Source of the DNA: Macrostomum lignano
Lineage: Eukaryota
DNA length: 64,000 nt
Assembly (NCBI GenBank): GCA_002269645.1
Contig: NIVC01000832.1
Span: forward strand, 77,068-141,067
Direction of reading: 5' to 3'
Part shown: positions 1 through 12,337 of the stretch, piece after piece
Layout: the number at the start of each line of letters is the position of its first letter
Numbering within the stretch: position 1 is the first letter of the stretch
Notes under the pieces: model-generated
What the model was told of the DNA's origin: nothing
The model's database searches: none
Seen by the model: only the letters and a program-made list of their open reading frames with translations
Translations under genes and position numbers: made by a program

Positions 1-1145
1 CTTAAGTAGCTAACAGGTAAAGTTAATTCCATTGACCTGTAAATGATGAAAATCCACCGTTCTCATAATCATAGCGGCCTAGGTCTTCTAAAATGTCTAA
101 AAGAAGCAGGGAACCGACTAAAAAGGCATTGGCAACAAAAAGAAAGTGCTTAGCAAAAGCAAGAGTTGAAGGAAAACAAATTGTGACAATGCTATAATTT
201 ATTTGCTACGGAAGCTAGGCCTTTTGACATTGATAGCTTCCACAAATATATTACTCAATTCCTTCTCGTCGTGACTCAGAAGCAGACAATCAGCTTGAGT
301 ATACTGCTGCTTTAGTTAAAGTAGTTAAGTCATACTTTACTCTACTTTAATTGAGGTTAACATCAACATGCTCCAAGTGTTTTATGTTATTTGCATAAAT
401 TGACTTCGTATACAAAACAACAATGTCTGCTTCTTGTTTGCCTTGACTACTGTTCTTCAGGGTTTTTTGTTTACCGAGAGGGAGGCCCTTCCCTGACGCA
501 GCAGTAAGCAATATCGTTGTCAGATGTCTAACATTCTAAAGTAGTAAAATTTAAGCATTCCGCTTATCAAGTCACTGCAAATTGATTCTGAAGTTTAAGT
601 AACCTTAATGCTTTCCGACATTAATTAGTTGTAGCAAACTACAATTTTTGTCTGTCCTCTATTATCTACTAACAGTTGTTACACTAATACTAAAACCAAC
701 CCTTCTTGTAAAGTTTTGCACTTTTATACAACTGTCATATGAAAAAAATTGGCAATAAGTGTACGTTTGCATCCTTTAATTAATGTTTAAAAAATTATTT
801 TAGTTATTGCTTACTGCATAGTTAACAAGGCAAAGTCACTAACAACGTTAATAAAGCTATTAAATGCCAGGTAAAGGTAGGCACAAAAAGTGGGCCATAA
901 ACAACCTGCATGGAAAATTTGTTCTTAAATACAGTGTTCAATACAAACAATGTCATTGGCTGAAAGGATTAGAAAAAAATTAAACACTGCACTACAACAG
1001 AATTGTGGAACTGGAAAGGAGAAGGAATCGACTATTAGAGTTAAATTATTGGTAAAAGTAATTAAAAATGCTAAACAGGCAAGACAAGAAAAATTTAGAC
1101 GTTTAAAGAAAGATAACAAACAAAAATCTCGTAGCAATAGTTTCA

Positions 1146-2138
1146 CAGCAGTTTTGCAGTAATCTCATAGCAATGATCTCATAGCGGCTCTTTGAAAATT
1201 TCATAGTAGCGATCAAATAATCTCAAAGTAGCTTCTCAATAATCTCATAGCAATAATCTTATAGCAGCTTTGCAATAATCTCAAAGCAATAATCTGATAG
1301 CAGCTTCGCAATAATCTCATAGCAATAATCTCGTAGCAGTTTTGCAATAATCTCATAGCAATGATATCATAGCGGCTCTTCGAAAATCTCATAATAGCGA
1401 TCAATAATCTCAGTAACTTCTTAATAATCTCATAGCAATAATCTCATAGCAGTTTTGCAGTAATCTCATAGCAATGATCTCATAGCAGCTCTTCGAAAAT
1501 CTCATAGTAGCTCTTAAATAATCTCATAGCAATAATCTCATAGAAGCTTTGCAATAATCTCAAAGCAATAATCTCATAACAGCTTTGTAATAATCTCGTA
1601 GCAGTTATCTCATAGCAGTTTTTCAATAATCTCAAAGCAATGTTCTCATAGCAGCTCTTCGAAAATCTCATAGTAGCTCTCAAATAATCTCATAGTAGCT
1701 CGCAAATAATTTCATAGTAGCTCCTCAATAATCACATAGCAATAATCTCATGGTAGCTTTACAATCATTGTCCTAGCAGTTTTACAATAATCTCATAGCA
1801 GTTTTACAATAATCTTATAGCAGTTGTACAATAATCTCAGCAGTTGTACAATAATCTCAGCAGTTTTGCAACAATTTCACAGCAGCTCTTCAATAATCTC
1901 ACAGCAGCTGTTTAATCATCTCATAGAAGTTTTACAATAATTTCATAGCAGTTTTACAATAATTTCATAGCAGTTTTACAATAATTTCATAGCAGTTTTA
2001 CAATAATTTCATAGCAGTTTTACAATAATTTCATAGCAGACTTACAATAATCTCATAGCAGTTTTACAATAATCTCATAGCAGTTTTACAATAATCTCAT
2101 AGCAGTTTTACAATAATCTCATAGCAGTTTTACAATAA
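1146..2138. repeat. Degenerate ~22-bp minisatellite array (CAATAATCTCATAGCAGTTTTA-like), with a short inverted copy at ~2442-2520
   Basis: Unit directly visible and most homogeneous at 1930-2138; reverse-complement units (GCTGCTATGAGATTATTG) at 2442-2520. Confidence 0.9.
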
Positions 2139-2864
2139 CCACCTAATCTAATAATCTAACCTAATCTAATCTAATCTAACCTAATAATCTTCATTAGGCA
2201 TTGACGGACACACGGATGTTAGTGATTAAGTGTAAGAAGAAAGAAAAACTGTAAGTTGAATTAGCAGTATAAGTCGTGGGAAAAGTGCGGCTAGAAAAAC
2301 AGGTAAGATTGCTGTGTCAATTCTAAAATGCTCCAACCTCAACATTTCGACTGTTTTGGACACGGGTTTCCAACAGCATTTAGAAACCTAATGAAAGACT
2401 GAAGTACAGGCAGGTCTCGCAAACAGTGTTGACTTTTTGTTATAAGATTATTGCACAGCTGCTATGAGATTATTGCAAAGCTTCTACGAGATTATTACAA
2501 AGCTGCTATGAGATTATTGCTCTGAGAGCTGGTAAAAGTCCACCATCTAGATCAAAATTGTCCGCCCTTTCCGAGCAACTAACTTTCAAAGTCATCCGAC
2601 GTCAGCATCGTCGAGATATTCAGCAATTCTTGTCGAAGACACTGGTGGCAAGGGCAACCAACACTACACTGTATAAACCTTGATGGTAAATCCATATTGG
2701 CTCATTAATCTGGTTCCATCTGTCGTAGAGGCCTTTGTTCTCAGCATCCAAGGCACCAGGGTCCCCTTCATCACCGTCTGGAGCATCAGCGGCGACCGTC
2801 GGGACCTTCAACAAAAGCACCCGATCGGCATATCAGAGACGGCTGCGTTCCCAAAACTGAAACG

Positions 2865-3256
2865 AAAGATTCCTCTTCTGCATGCAGCATTCATTCAGTA
2901 GAGATAATCGGTGAATGAAATGAACAATGGTGACCCTCTAGGCTGACCTATAGACATACAGGCGACCTTCGGGACCTTCAACGAAGTGCCACCACGCTGC
3001 CCCGATGAGCTGGCACCACCAACATCGTGATTTTTCTATCAAGGCACCAAACCAGGCATTTCTGCATATTATACGGTGCTTTTGCACCATGTTAAATTGG
3101 AAAACTACAGATTTAACTGACGTCGGGGCCGCGTGGTGGCACTTCGTTGAAGGTCCCGAAGGTCGCCTGGCCTGTATATCTACAGGGTCGCCATCGTCCA
3201 TTTCATTCACCGATAATCTCTACTGAATGAATGCTGCATGTAGAAAAGGAATCTTT
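2865..3256. repeat. Imperfect long inverted repeat (MITE/foldback-like), arms ~2865-3007 and ~3121-3256
   Basis: AAAGATTCC...GCAGCATTCATTCAGTAGAGAT...GGCGACCTTCGGGACCTTCAACGAAGTGCCACCACG is mirrored on the opposite strand across a ~110-bp spacer. Confidence 0.8.
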
Positions 3257-3263
3257 AGCTAAC

Positions 3264-4246
3264 TGTTCCCTACTGCACTGCTTCTTCTTTTTTTGGCTTG
3301 GCACTAACTTCTTCTTTCTGATATTCTGCTTGTGGTACTGAAGTACTTCTCCTTCTCGGGTTCTCGAAGATGTTCCTGAAAATAGAACCCGCTGCTCCTG
3401 AAGTAGCTAGATAGCACCGCAGTACTACCTATCGATTTGCCTGAAAATGAACCTAAAACGTTGCCGTTACTTGGTAGGGTTGCTGCCACCTTGGTGTGCG
3501 GACTCGACGCGTCGGCAGAGTTGTCTATCCGTCACCTGAAAGAAAATTAACAAAGTCGCTCGGAGCAAAGGCAAATCTGAAAATGTCTCGACAGTCGATC
3601 GTCTTAGTAAATGCTGCTCGAACCTGAAAACCTGTAAAACCTGAAATGAGAGAGGAGAGCTCGGAGGCAGTGGCAGCTCCTGTCTAGGAAGCTCCCGAAC
3701 GCGGCTCACGATCTGGAGAAAAACGGCTCTCAGATACTCCGTATTTATAGCCGAGCGGACCCCCAAAAGTCACGTGAGTTTCATGCGGTGAGCGCGTGAA
3801 ACTTCCTTATTTGGGCATTGGAATCATGCGGGCGACGCGTGATCCAAGGCCAACTTCCAAATAAGGCAACCCTGTCACGCAGCAGTGGCGTGACTCAAGG
3901 TCAGTGGCCACGCACAGAGTGCGTGCACAGTCACGTGCTTAGTCTGTGCTAAAAATAGAATCGTGGGCGGATGAGTCATCCTGTTTACTCCCTCTAGGCA
4001 GCCCTTACACTCCGCGCAGGTGATGAGTCATCCTGCTACGCCTCCTCAGCGCGAGTGGGAAGACATTGAGTGTGGCTGCCCGCGCCCGCTCAGGCGATGA
4101 GTCATTGGGCAGTAAACACATAGGCCCAGCACAGAGTATCTCTCTCACTAGCTCAGGTGGACTGAGATACTGTGCAGCGGATCACAGCACTCTTAAGGGA
4201 AGCTAGTGAATGCTGCTGAATAGCCAGTTAGCAGCCAGTCACTACA
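3264..4246 (-). promoter_or_regulatory. Putative 3' LTR / Pol II promoter-enhancer block next to the Gypsy pol remnant
   Basis: TG...CA candidate ends. Minus-strand TATAAATA at 3742-3749. CArG boxes at 3805-3814 and 3857-3866. TGA(G/C)TCA at 3891, 3972, 4024, 4098. CACGTG at 3771 and 3932. No second LTR or clear polypurine tract seen. Confidence 0.4.
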
Positions 4247-5465
4247 GTACCTTCATTAAATTTTCCCTATGCATAATAAATTCTTCCTTCCTAGCCTTCT
4301 TATTTTTGGTAACTGGTCTGATCTTAAAGCCTACTTCTGATAGTTGTTCTACAATTTCGTAAACTGCCCTTTGCTTTCTGTGAAATTTGTTAGCCTCTGT
4401 GTTAGCAATTAATGGATTATTAGTAAATACTAAGCTTCCTACATGCAATGTTTTCGGCTTAGGCTTGTTGGAGTACTCCTGCTCACGGTTTTGCTGCACT
4501 AACTTTAATCTCTTTCTCGTAGTTCATGGCCTTCCTGCAGATTCTGCTGATGTTCCTGGACATAAGATCGCAAATCCTGGAACTGTTTTCGCTCGTTCAG
4601 CTCATTGTCACAGGGCATTCTGGCCTCGTCCAAAGACTAAATAGTGCGGTCTAAATCCTGTGGCAGTGTGCGTGCTGATTCTCAGAGCTGTCATGCAACC
4701 TGCCAACAGAACGTCCCAGTCGGAATGCTCCTTCTCCAGTAAACAGGTGAGAGTTGATTTAATCTGCTTATTAAGGTTTTCTACTAAGCCATTGCTCTGC
4801 GGATGATAACCAGTTGTTCGAGTGTGTCTAATGCCATAAAGGTCTAAAAATTTCTTTAAGGCCCTACCAGTGAACTGTGTTCCCTGGTCTGTGTGAACCC
4901 ATTGTGGAATCCCAAAATCAGCGAAAACTCGTTCTTGTAGAATTTTGATAACTGTTTTAGCCTTCTGATTCCTAATTGCGAATGCAAATGGAAACTTGCT
5001 AGTGCTGTCTATGACTGAAAGTACATATTTGTTACCTGCTTTGCTAGTTTGGCCAATAGGTCCTATCAGATCTGTGTTATCTACGTTATCTACCAAACGG
5101 TTCGACTACAGGATAGATCTAAATTGGTGCCTTGATTCTTCGTCTAGTTTTGCTTTCTTAGCATGATTTACATTTGGCTAGATAGCGTTCAACTGCTATT
5201 GCTAATCCTGGCCTCCAAAATCGAGTCTTAATTCTCTGATAAGTTTTATCTAGACCTAGGTGTCCCGCTAACGGTGAATCATGGAATTGGTGAAAGACTT
5301 CACTATCCAGAGACTTGGGCAACACTACTTTTGGATCAGTCTGCCCCACAGATGTCTACCTTGGGTAAACCATCCTCAATTCTGAGCAACTCATAGTAAC
5401 CTAAAAGGTTCCTACAGTCGTGGGTTAACCCTAGTCATTCTTGTAATGTCGGTTTAGGCGAGTCT
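4242..5465 (-). mobile_element. Ty3/Gypsy LTR-retrotransposon pol remnant: integrase (H2C2 zinc finger, DDE core, C-terminal domain), frameshifted
   Basis: 5158-5349 HDSPLAGHLGLDKTYQRIKTRFWRPG...CKSC (HHCC). 4608-5096 LIGP...YVLSVIDSTSKF...HTDQGTQF...TTGYHPQSNGLVENLN (D,D35E). 4242-4499 C-terminal piece. Confidence 0.9.
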
Positions 5466-7159
5466 TCTCAATTACCCGCCTGGCTTTTTCATCCTGAAAT
5501 TGGTCGAAGAGAGTTCCGGAGTTTTGTCCGGTGCGTAGTGCATTTTTCCCAATAAAAAACCGGGAAAAAGCCGGACAAAAAGTTTATAAAACGGACCAAA
5601 GCATAAAAATCTGACCCATTCCATTCTTTCGGATGTGTGTCCGGGGTTGGTCTGAAATTTTATCCGGGTGTCAATCCGCATGGTACCGGACGAGCATGCA
5701 GAGCTTTTTCCGGACGAAAACCGGATTTCCACAACACACGGCCAAAGCGGAAAAGAAACCGGGAGCAGTTTCCAGAAAGAAATCGGATGTTCGCAGAGTT
5801 GGCCCGTTTTTGGAAGCCTGTTGCTCGGCACTAGTCGGTGAAGGATGGTTAACATGCGCGTCACACCTTCACGCGACAGCCTTAATTCTTGGCAGCACGA
5901 GTTAATCTCACACATTGCTTCGCCTAGTGTCCCGGGCAACGCGAGATGCCATTCGTACATCAGTTTGGCTGCAAAAGGCTGTTCTTCAGCTTCCCGGTCA
6001 GAGCCGCTGCCACCTAGGAAGGAAAGTAGGATGGGTACTTGCAGCCTGGCAGTGTTCGGTTCGGCAGAGGGGTAATGTATGCAAGACACACGGCTGGCCG
6101 TCTGATCATAGAAATGGATAAGCAATGAATGCGCCTGTTTTACCTAAGGATTCCGATTGTTCGTCGTCGCCTGCGTCACTTCTCCGAGCTGTCACTGTGA
6201 CTGCTCTAATCTGAGCCGCACTGCCGTCCTTCGTATTCGTCCGCATCGCTCTCCTCTGAGCTGTCGCTCTGACGGCTCCGGGCAGCGTTGCTCTCATTCA
6301 CAGTAGGACGTGGGTAATCCTCGGAGTTTGTTACCTGTACTACAGGTGACCGAGAGCGCTCTCGTGGCGTTTGCCTGCGACGCTGTTGCATATACCGCCG
6401 CATATACAAGCGTCGCCGAAGCTCTGGATTAATTTTTACGCCATCCATTAGTTAGGATTTTATGCACTGTGACTCTGCGCCTGCTGGAAATCAAATACAG
6501 GTTGTGTATGACTGTAAACTGGTATTGTGCAAATGTGCAAAATGTGCAAACTGGTATTTAACCAGAGATAAATGTGCTAACAATGTTCGACCACTACGAC
6601 ATTTACTAGAAGGGTAAATCTAAACGTATGGGGTATTACACTATGTTTTTCAACGACTAGCGATCTATACATGTATGGGTCGGGTCCATTTATAAAAGCA
6701 AATATAGTACAGCTGAAAGACGTCTTCGAAATATGGCTTTGGGGGCTTCAGTTTATTTTATCCTGATGGGAAATCTGAAGGGGTGTTGGAGGCTCACTTT
6801 TTGGCGCTAGCCAGTAATCATAAACTACAAGTACAAATCAAAATTAATGTTCCCATCCCCTGCGTCACTTTCCGCGACATTACGAAGAGGAGCACCAAAT
6901 AGGTACTCGTCGTGGTTTCAAATGTTAATGGATCTCGGAAACACCGGCGAATCCGGCTCAGCCGACTCTACTCCCCGATGGAAAATCTGGAGGGGTTGGA
7001 AACTCACTTTATTGGCCCCGGCCAAAATAAATTTCTTTCGCATCAAATTAATTCTTTTCTTAGTCTATATTACCGGGCCTAACTGGGTAATAAACGAATA
7101 AGTGGGAACGAAGTTATCGTCTTCAAGGTCAAGTTCAGTAATCATCCTTGGGCATGTAA

Positions 7160-8225
7160 CTACAACAACAACAACAACAAGGTACTGCTCCCGCCGGCCA
7201 CGCAGTAGCCAGAAAGGGGGGAGCAGACAGAAAGCGCGTCTCTGGGCCATTGCCCTCAGGAAGTCGCATCCCCCTGCTTGGTCCGGGGCGCCAGCGTCAG
7301 TCAGAAGTCGGTCAGGGTATCGCACCTTCGCCCTTGGCCTCGCCTCCGCGGTCTTTGCAGCTTGAGCAGCAGCACGTCGTGTAGCGGCTCAGGACAACGG
7401 GCCTCCAGTGGCCAGCCAGTCGAAGTCGCCGCCCGCGCAGCAGGTCAGAAGGCTGCGTCAGGCGCGCCCTAGTGTAGAGCGCGGCGCTGGTCTCGCTGCC
7501 TGGGCCGCTGCGCACTCCGAAGGTCACACGCAGCATTGCCGCATGCGCAGCGTCCAGCTGCCTCTAAGGCGCCCGTTAGGGTCCAAGTCTCGGCGTTGTA
7601 CAACAGGACAGTCTCGACTACTGCCTGAAACAGCCGAGCCTTGAGCCCCTCGTCCAGGGCCTCAGATTGGAGCACGGAGCGCACAGATCGAAATGCGGCT
7701 TAGGCCAGTCCTCGTCGTCTCACCAGGTCGTCGGCAACGTACGGCACGGAGCCGCCGAGGTACACAAAGCGCTCGCAGCGGGTAAGCATAAACGCATTCC
7801 CGGCAGCGTCTCGGTAATTGATCTCGACCGGCAGGTCGGAGGGCACCGTGAACACTACCGTCTTCCGCGCGTTCAGCTTGAGGCCGACCCGCGACACTGC
7901 CGCCGTCAGGCCATCAAGCAGCCGCTGGGCACCTTCAGCCGTCGATGAAAGTAGCGCGAGGTCGTCCGCGTAGCCGAGAACGGAGAGCCGCTTTTCCGGG
8001 TGCCGCCGACTCGTGCGTCTTCTCAAAAGGAAGCCGTCATCCAGGTTAGGCAGGCCGGTACTCAGCACCCAGTCCAGTGCCAGCACAAACAGAAAAGGCG
8101 CCAAAGTATCACCCTGCAGCACGCCTGACGACGTGCTGAATTGGTCTGACAGTCCATCTGGCGTCATCACCGAAGCGGTCGTGTCCTGGTACATCGCCAT
8201 GATGGCGGAAATCAGTTGCTCCAGC
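7160..8225 (-). mobile_element. 5'-truncated RTE-clade non-LTR retrotransposon (RT C-terminal half)
   Basis: GVLQGDTLAPFLFVLALD...LGYADDLALLS...GLKLNARKT...FVYLG; KARLFQAVVETVLLYNAETWTLT; (GTT)n 3' tail at ~7163-7180. Confidence 0.9.
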
Positions 8226-8566
8226 AGTTCTAATGCCCGTAGCACCCGTCTTAGCGGCCGGATGGGCATACCGCTACGGGTGGCCGCGAGTAGGTGTCGC
8301 CTTGCTCGTCATTGGTGGGCTTGCAGGCTGGCCTCCAGCGACGCAATAGTGTGCTGCGCGGCTAGCAATTCCTGCTGCTGGTCCGCTGCCATATTTAATT
8401 CCTACATCGGCATGAAAGGGTTGAGAGAAGCACTAATTACACATCAGATGTACATGTAATCTATTATAAGAATAATTAATTACAAAACTGCACCTGAATA
8501 GCCAATTCAGCTTGCGCCACTGCGGCGTGGCATCTGGCTTCTAATATAGCTTCTTGGTCAGCACCG

Positions 8567-8655
8567 GCAGCGCCGGCCTTGGAGCAATCTGCAGCGCCGG
8601 TCTTGGAGCAATCTGCAGCGCCGGCCTTGGAGCAATCTGCAGCGCCGGCCTTGGA
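8567..8655. repeat. 24-bp tandem repeat, ~3.7 copies
   Basis: GCAGCGCCGGCCTTGGAGCAATCT repeated. Confidence 0.9.
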
Positions 8656-9204
8656 TGTGTCTATTTTATCGTAATACTCGTAATTATGTCATCAACAATA
8701 CGGGGTTATATATTGAATCAGAATTCAAATAAAAGTCGAAGACGAGTTACTGGAATAACGAAGTATATTTAATTTACATTAGAAACAATATGCACACTGG
8801 TAAAGCTATGATAAATGTTAGTGTAACACGAAACACAGTTTACACTTTAGAGAAATATTAGGAAACAGAATAAAAAAGAATATTATTATGTCCATGACAT
8901 CAGTATGAAGCACTCATATGCTGTATATATCATACTTTCGTCCAGAATACATGCCCGTCGTTTACCCCGCTTCTAGGCGGCTGCGACACCGGGCGTAGTA
9001 TCGGATGAATTTCCGGATGCTAATTTGCAGACATCCAGAAGTCATCCGGAATTTAGTTCTGTTCTAAGGGGGCCCGGTTTCTCATGCACAGAGCAACCGG
9101 ATTGATCCGGACATATGGCGGACCAAAAGTCCGAAAAACAACTTTCGTCCGGATTTCACCCGGAATTCACTCCTGACTTTTAAGAATAATTGGGAAGAAT
9201 AATT

Positions 9205-10362
9205 GGAAAGTGATCACTATTCAGGTCGTCGCCCACTTTGAAGTCCTGGATGAACGGGACAAGGTCGCTGGAGGCCAGACCCAGGTCCAGCACATTCCGA
9301 GAGACCGTACCTTGCCGGTGGGCTATTCTGGTAAATTGACCTGGTTGATTTAGGACAGTGGGACGATTTACAGGGTCGCTACAGAGCCAATCATGAAGCT
9401 GCTGACCAGCCCTGTTGTTGCGACTTTCGCCCCCCCCCCAAAAAAAAAGGTGTGTCTGGCGTTGAGGTCACCCATAATAAGAGAATACTTGGCCGAGGAC
9501 AGCCGAGTCTAAAGACCGACATCAAGGTTGTCAGGCGATGGAGACCGATAGATCAGGGCCAGTTTGAATGCAGGGCAAGGGCCGTCAAGAGGGGTGACTG
9601 TGCAGGTAAGAACCTCGTGGTTGATGTTGTCGTACGAAAGCTGGACATCCGCTACATTCACATGAGGGGTGTGTACGAGGAGGAGTCCGCGCTTCGTATT
9701 TGGAAGGTCGAACCGCACTGCAGCGTAGCCCAGGAATGTGCATATTTAGGTATTTTTCAGGATGGTCTCAGAAAACAAGGCAATATCCAACTTTTGGTCT
9801 GAGATCCAGAGCCCGAGTTCTTTTAGTTTTGGTATTATCCCCCTGCAATTTAGGTGGGCGATCTTAAGCCCTGAGGCAGTGGGGTTCGAGCTATCGTGCC
9901 CGTTATTACCGAACGTATTTAAACATTTACATTCTAGGTCTGGCCATCTACCTGTCGCCGGGGAGCGCCAAGCAGCTGACCAAGACCTTGGTGACTTTCT
10001 AACCCGCCTACGAGGACACGGGACAGAACCCTACTCACTATGTCGTGCACTGTTTGACCAGAGCCTTCAGTAGTAAGCGGCCCTTCGGCTATGCTCGGCC
10101 AGAGGGTTGTAAGCACCTCAGCGAGTGCTTGAACCAGGAGAGGAAGTAGCCCACTCACCATTCCTAGATATTCAGAATTTACGCTAGCAATCGGTGGCGT
10201 ACTGTTGTTTGGTGGCATACTCGGCACAGTCGTCTGGGTCATGGAGTCGGTCAATTCGCGCACGGGGCGCTTTCGGCTATGGAGGCTAGGGCCAGTCAGC
10301 CATGGCAAATCGCCTCCTGTCGCCATTGACGCCCGTGCCGCGGCGTCGGCTGACCTAGACAT
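9205..10362 (-). mobile_element. Fragment of a family-A-related LINE (ORF1 C-terminus plus APE endonuclease N-terminal part); called A'
   Basis: Colinear with 17555-18700: RFDLPNTKRGLLLVHTP, LKIAHLNCRG...FSETILKN, GDLNARH, and VSGLLPLLVQALAEVL...HQGLGQLLGAPRRQVDGQT. Confidence 0.9.
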
Positions 10363-10740
10363 TTTTTCTTTCTTCTTCAGCGCTCGTCTATGCTCCGAAG
10401 AATGTGCTCGAAGAATGCTCCGGAGAAGCGAGAGGGCCAAGCCCGGGTCGGTGAGGAGGCGCTCCACTTCAGTGCCGACCAGGCGAATGCGGTGCGCGTC
10501 CCCCCTCGGGCAGTTGTAGATCGCGTGCAGGCTCGAGTCCGGTGCCCCGCAGTCCTGACAGAGCGGGGAGTCCGTCAGGCCGAAACAATGTCGGACCTCG
10601 GTGGCGAGCATTGAGGCACCGGTTCAGAGTTGGCAGACCCCCGTGTGCTCGGTCCGGCTTCTAGCGTGGAAGGTCGGCCAGGTCGGGGGCATAACGCTGT
10701 CGACAAGCGCACGGCGGTCTCGGCGAATGGCAGCCTTGGC

Positions 10741-12337
10741 TGTAGAAAAAATACTAAACTAAACTAAAGACTATTTAATTGGAGTTAAATTGTAGGATCA
10801 GATAAGCCAGTAAGTGGGCGCAGGGCCCAAACCGATATATTTATAGAACATTTAACTTTGGGGGGTTGAGCCCAGAAAAATAAAGAGAGGGGGTGGAGTG
10901 CGCGACTGAGGAAAGAGGCGAGAACGGAGAGCCAATCAGAACGCAGCAAGGGAGAGAGAGATAAGAGTAACAAGATTGAGCTAGACAGAGAGAGAGAAAA
11001 CAGAGTAAACAGAGACAAGTGAAGGTGAACTAAAGAAATGACTAGGAAAGTCGCGACATGACTAGACAGAGAGATGTAGATGTAGTCTTTTCAGTCTTCT
11101 CATTGGTTCAAAAACTACTCAATAAAAGTCTAAGTTTAAAATTCGGTCTTAATATTTTGCATTCACTCTAATGTTTTAGTATTCAAATTCTTACTCATTA
11201 TGTGTTTTTCAAATCGTTCTGTACACCATTTATTGTGAATGTGTTCTCCAATTTAATTCGACCTAATTCTAACTCATTAATTTCAATTGGTAATGGTACT
11301 CGAATATTAAAAAAAATGTTCCATTTTTTGGGGGGAGTGTCGCGACTTTCCTAGTCATTTCTTTAGTTCACCTTCACTTGTCTCTGTTTACTCTGTTTTC
11401 TCTCTCTGTCTAGCTCAATCTTGTTATTCTTATCTCTCTCTCCCCTGCTGCGTTCTGATTGGCTCTCCGTTCTCGCCTCTTTCCTCAGTCGCGCACTCCA
11501 CCCCCTCTCTTTATTATTCTGGGCTCAACCCCCCAAAGTTAAATGTTCCATAAATATATCGGTTTTCGTCTCTGGTTGCCGGCCTCTCAATCGTCTCGTC
11601 TCTGGTTGCCGGCCTCTCAATCGTCTCGTCTTTGGTTGCCGGCCTCTCAATCGTCTCGTCTCTGGTTGCCGGCCTCTCAATCGTCTCGTCTCTGGTTGCC
11701 GGCCTCTCAATCGTCTCGTCTTTGGTTGCCGGCCTCTCAATCGTCTCGTCTCTGGTTGCCGGCCTCTCAATCGTCTCGTCTCTGGTTGCCGGCCTCTCAA
11801 TCGTCTCGTCTGCCGGCCTCTTCATCGTCTCATCTCTTATTGCCGGTCTCGTCTTCGGAGTCTGTGCCGGCAGCATATTCACATTTCAACTCGGGCTGTC
11901 GGTCTCGTCTTCGGAGTCGGTGCCGGCGGCATTTCTCTCTTCTCGACTGTCGTTCTCGTCTTCGGAGTTGGGCCGGCGGCATATTCGCAGCTCTACTTGG
12001 GCTGTCGGTCTCTGCTTCGGAGTTGGGCCGGCGGCATATTCTCTCACTCGGTTGTCGGTCGCTGCTTCGGAGTCTGTGTCGGCAGTCAATCTCACCGGCC
12101 TCTTGTCAAATTTTCTTCACTCAGTTCCACTCCTCTCTTGTCAATGTATTCAGTCGTCTCCAGTCGTTCTTTTCATCAACCTGATTCTCATCTCATCTCA
12201 TCTCTCGTACTCAACTGACGATATTTTTAATATTTTTTCTGTACTGTACATGTACCAGTTGTCATTAGTTAAAAATTGCACATTTTTAAGGGGGAGGGCT
12301 GGTCTATCCAGTCTCATCTATATGTCGATGGATAGAC
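10741..12337. mobile_element. Unclassified 1.6-kb insert flanked by GGC direct repeats, with an internal long inverted repeat and a terminal hairpin
   Basis: GGC at 10738-10740 and 12338-12340. Inverted arms 10829-11058 / 11338-11565. GTCTATCCA...TGGATAGAC stem at 12302-12337. Confidence 0.65.
11566..11820. repeat. 30-bp tandem repeat (~8 copies), with degenerate continuation to ~12100
   Basis: CGTCTCTGGTTGCCGGCCTCTCAATCGTCT repeated. Confidence 0.95.

Larger units (their letters stand above)
5466..9200 (-). mobile_element. Possible decayed CMC/EnSpm-like DNA transposon interrupted by an RTE fragment
   Basis: CCGG(A)-rich blocks at both ends (5510-5810, 8990-9170). Peptide LRLSREGVTRMLTILHRLVPSNRLPKT (ORF 5472-6125) resembles the N-terminal LPxS/T region of EnSpm-type transposases. 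TIRs and TSD not resolved. Confidence 0.3.

Noticed and set aside
950-1162. 70-aa basic ORF
   Set aside because: AT-rich, no motif, runs into the minisatellite.
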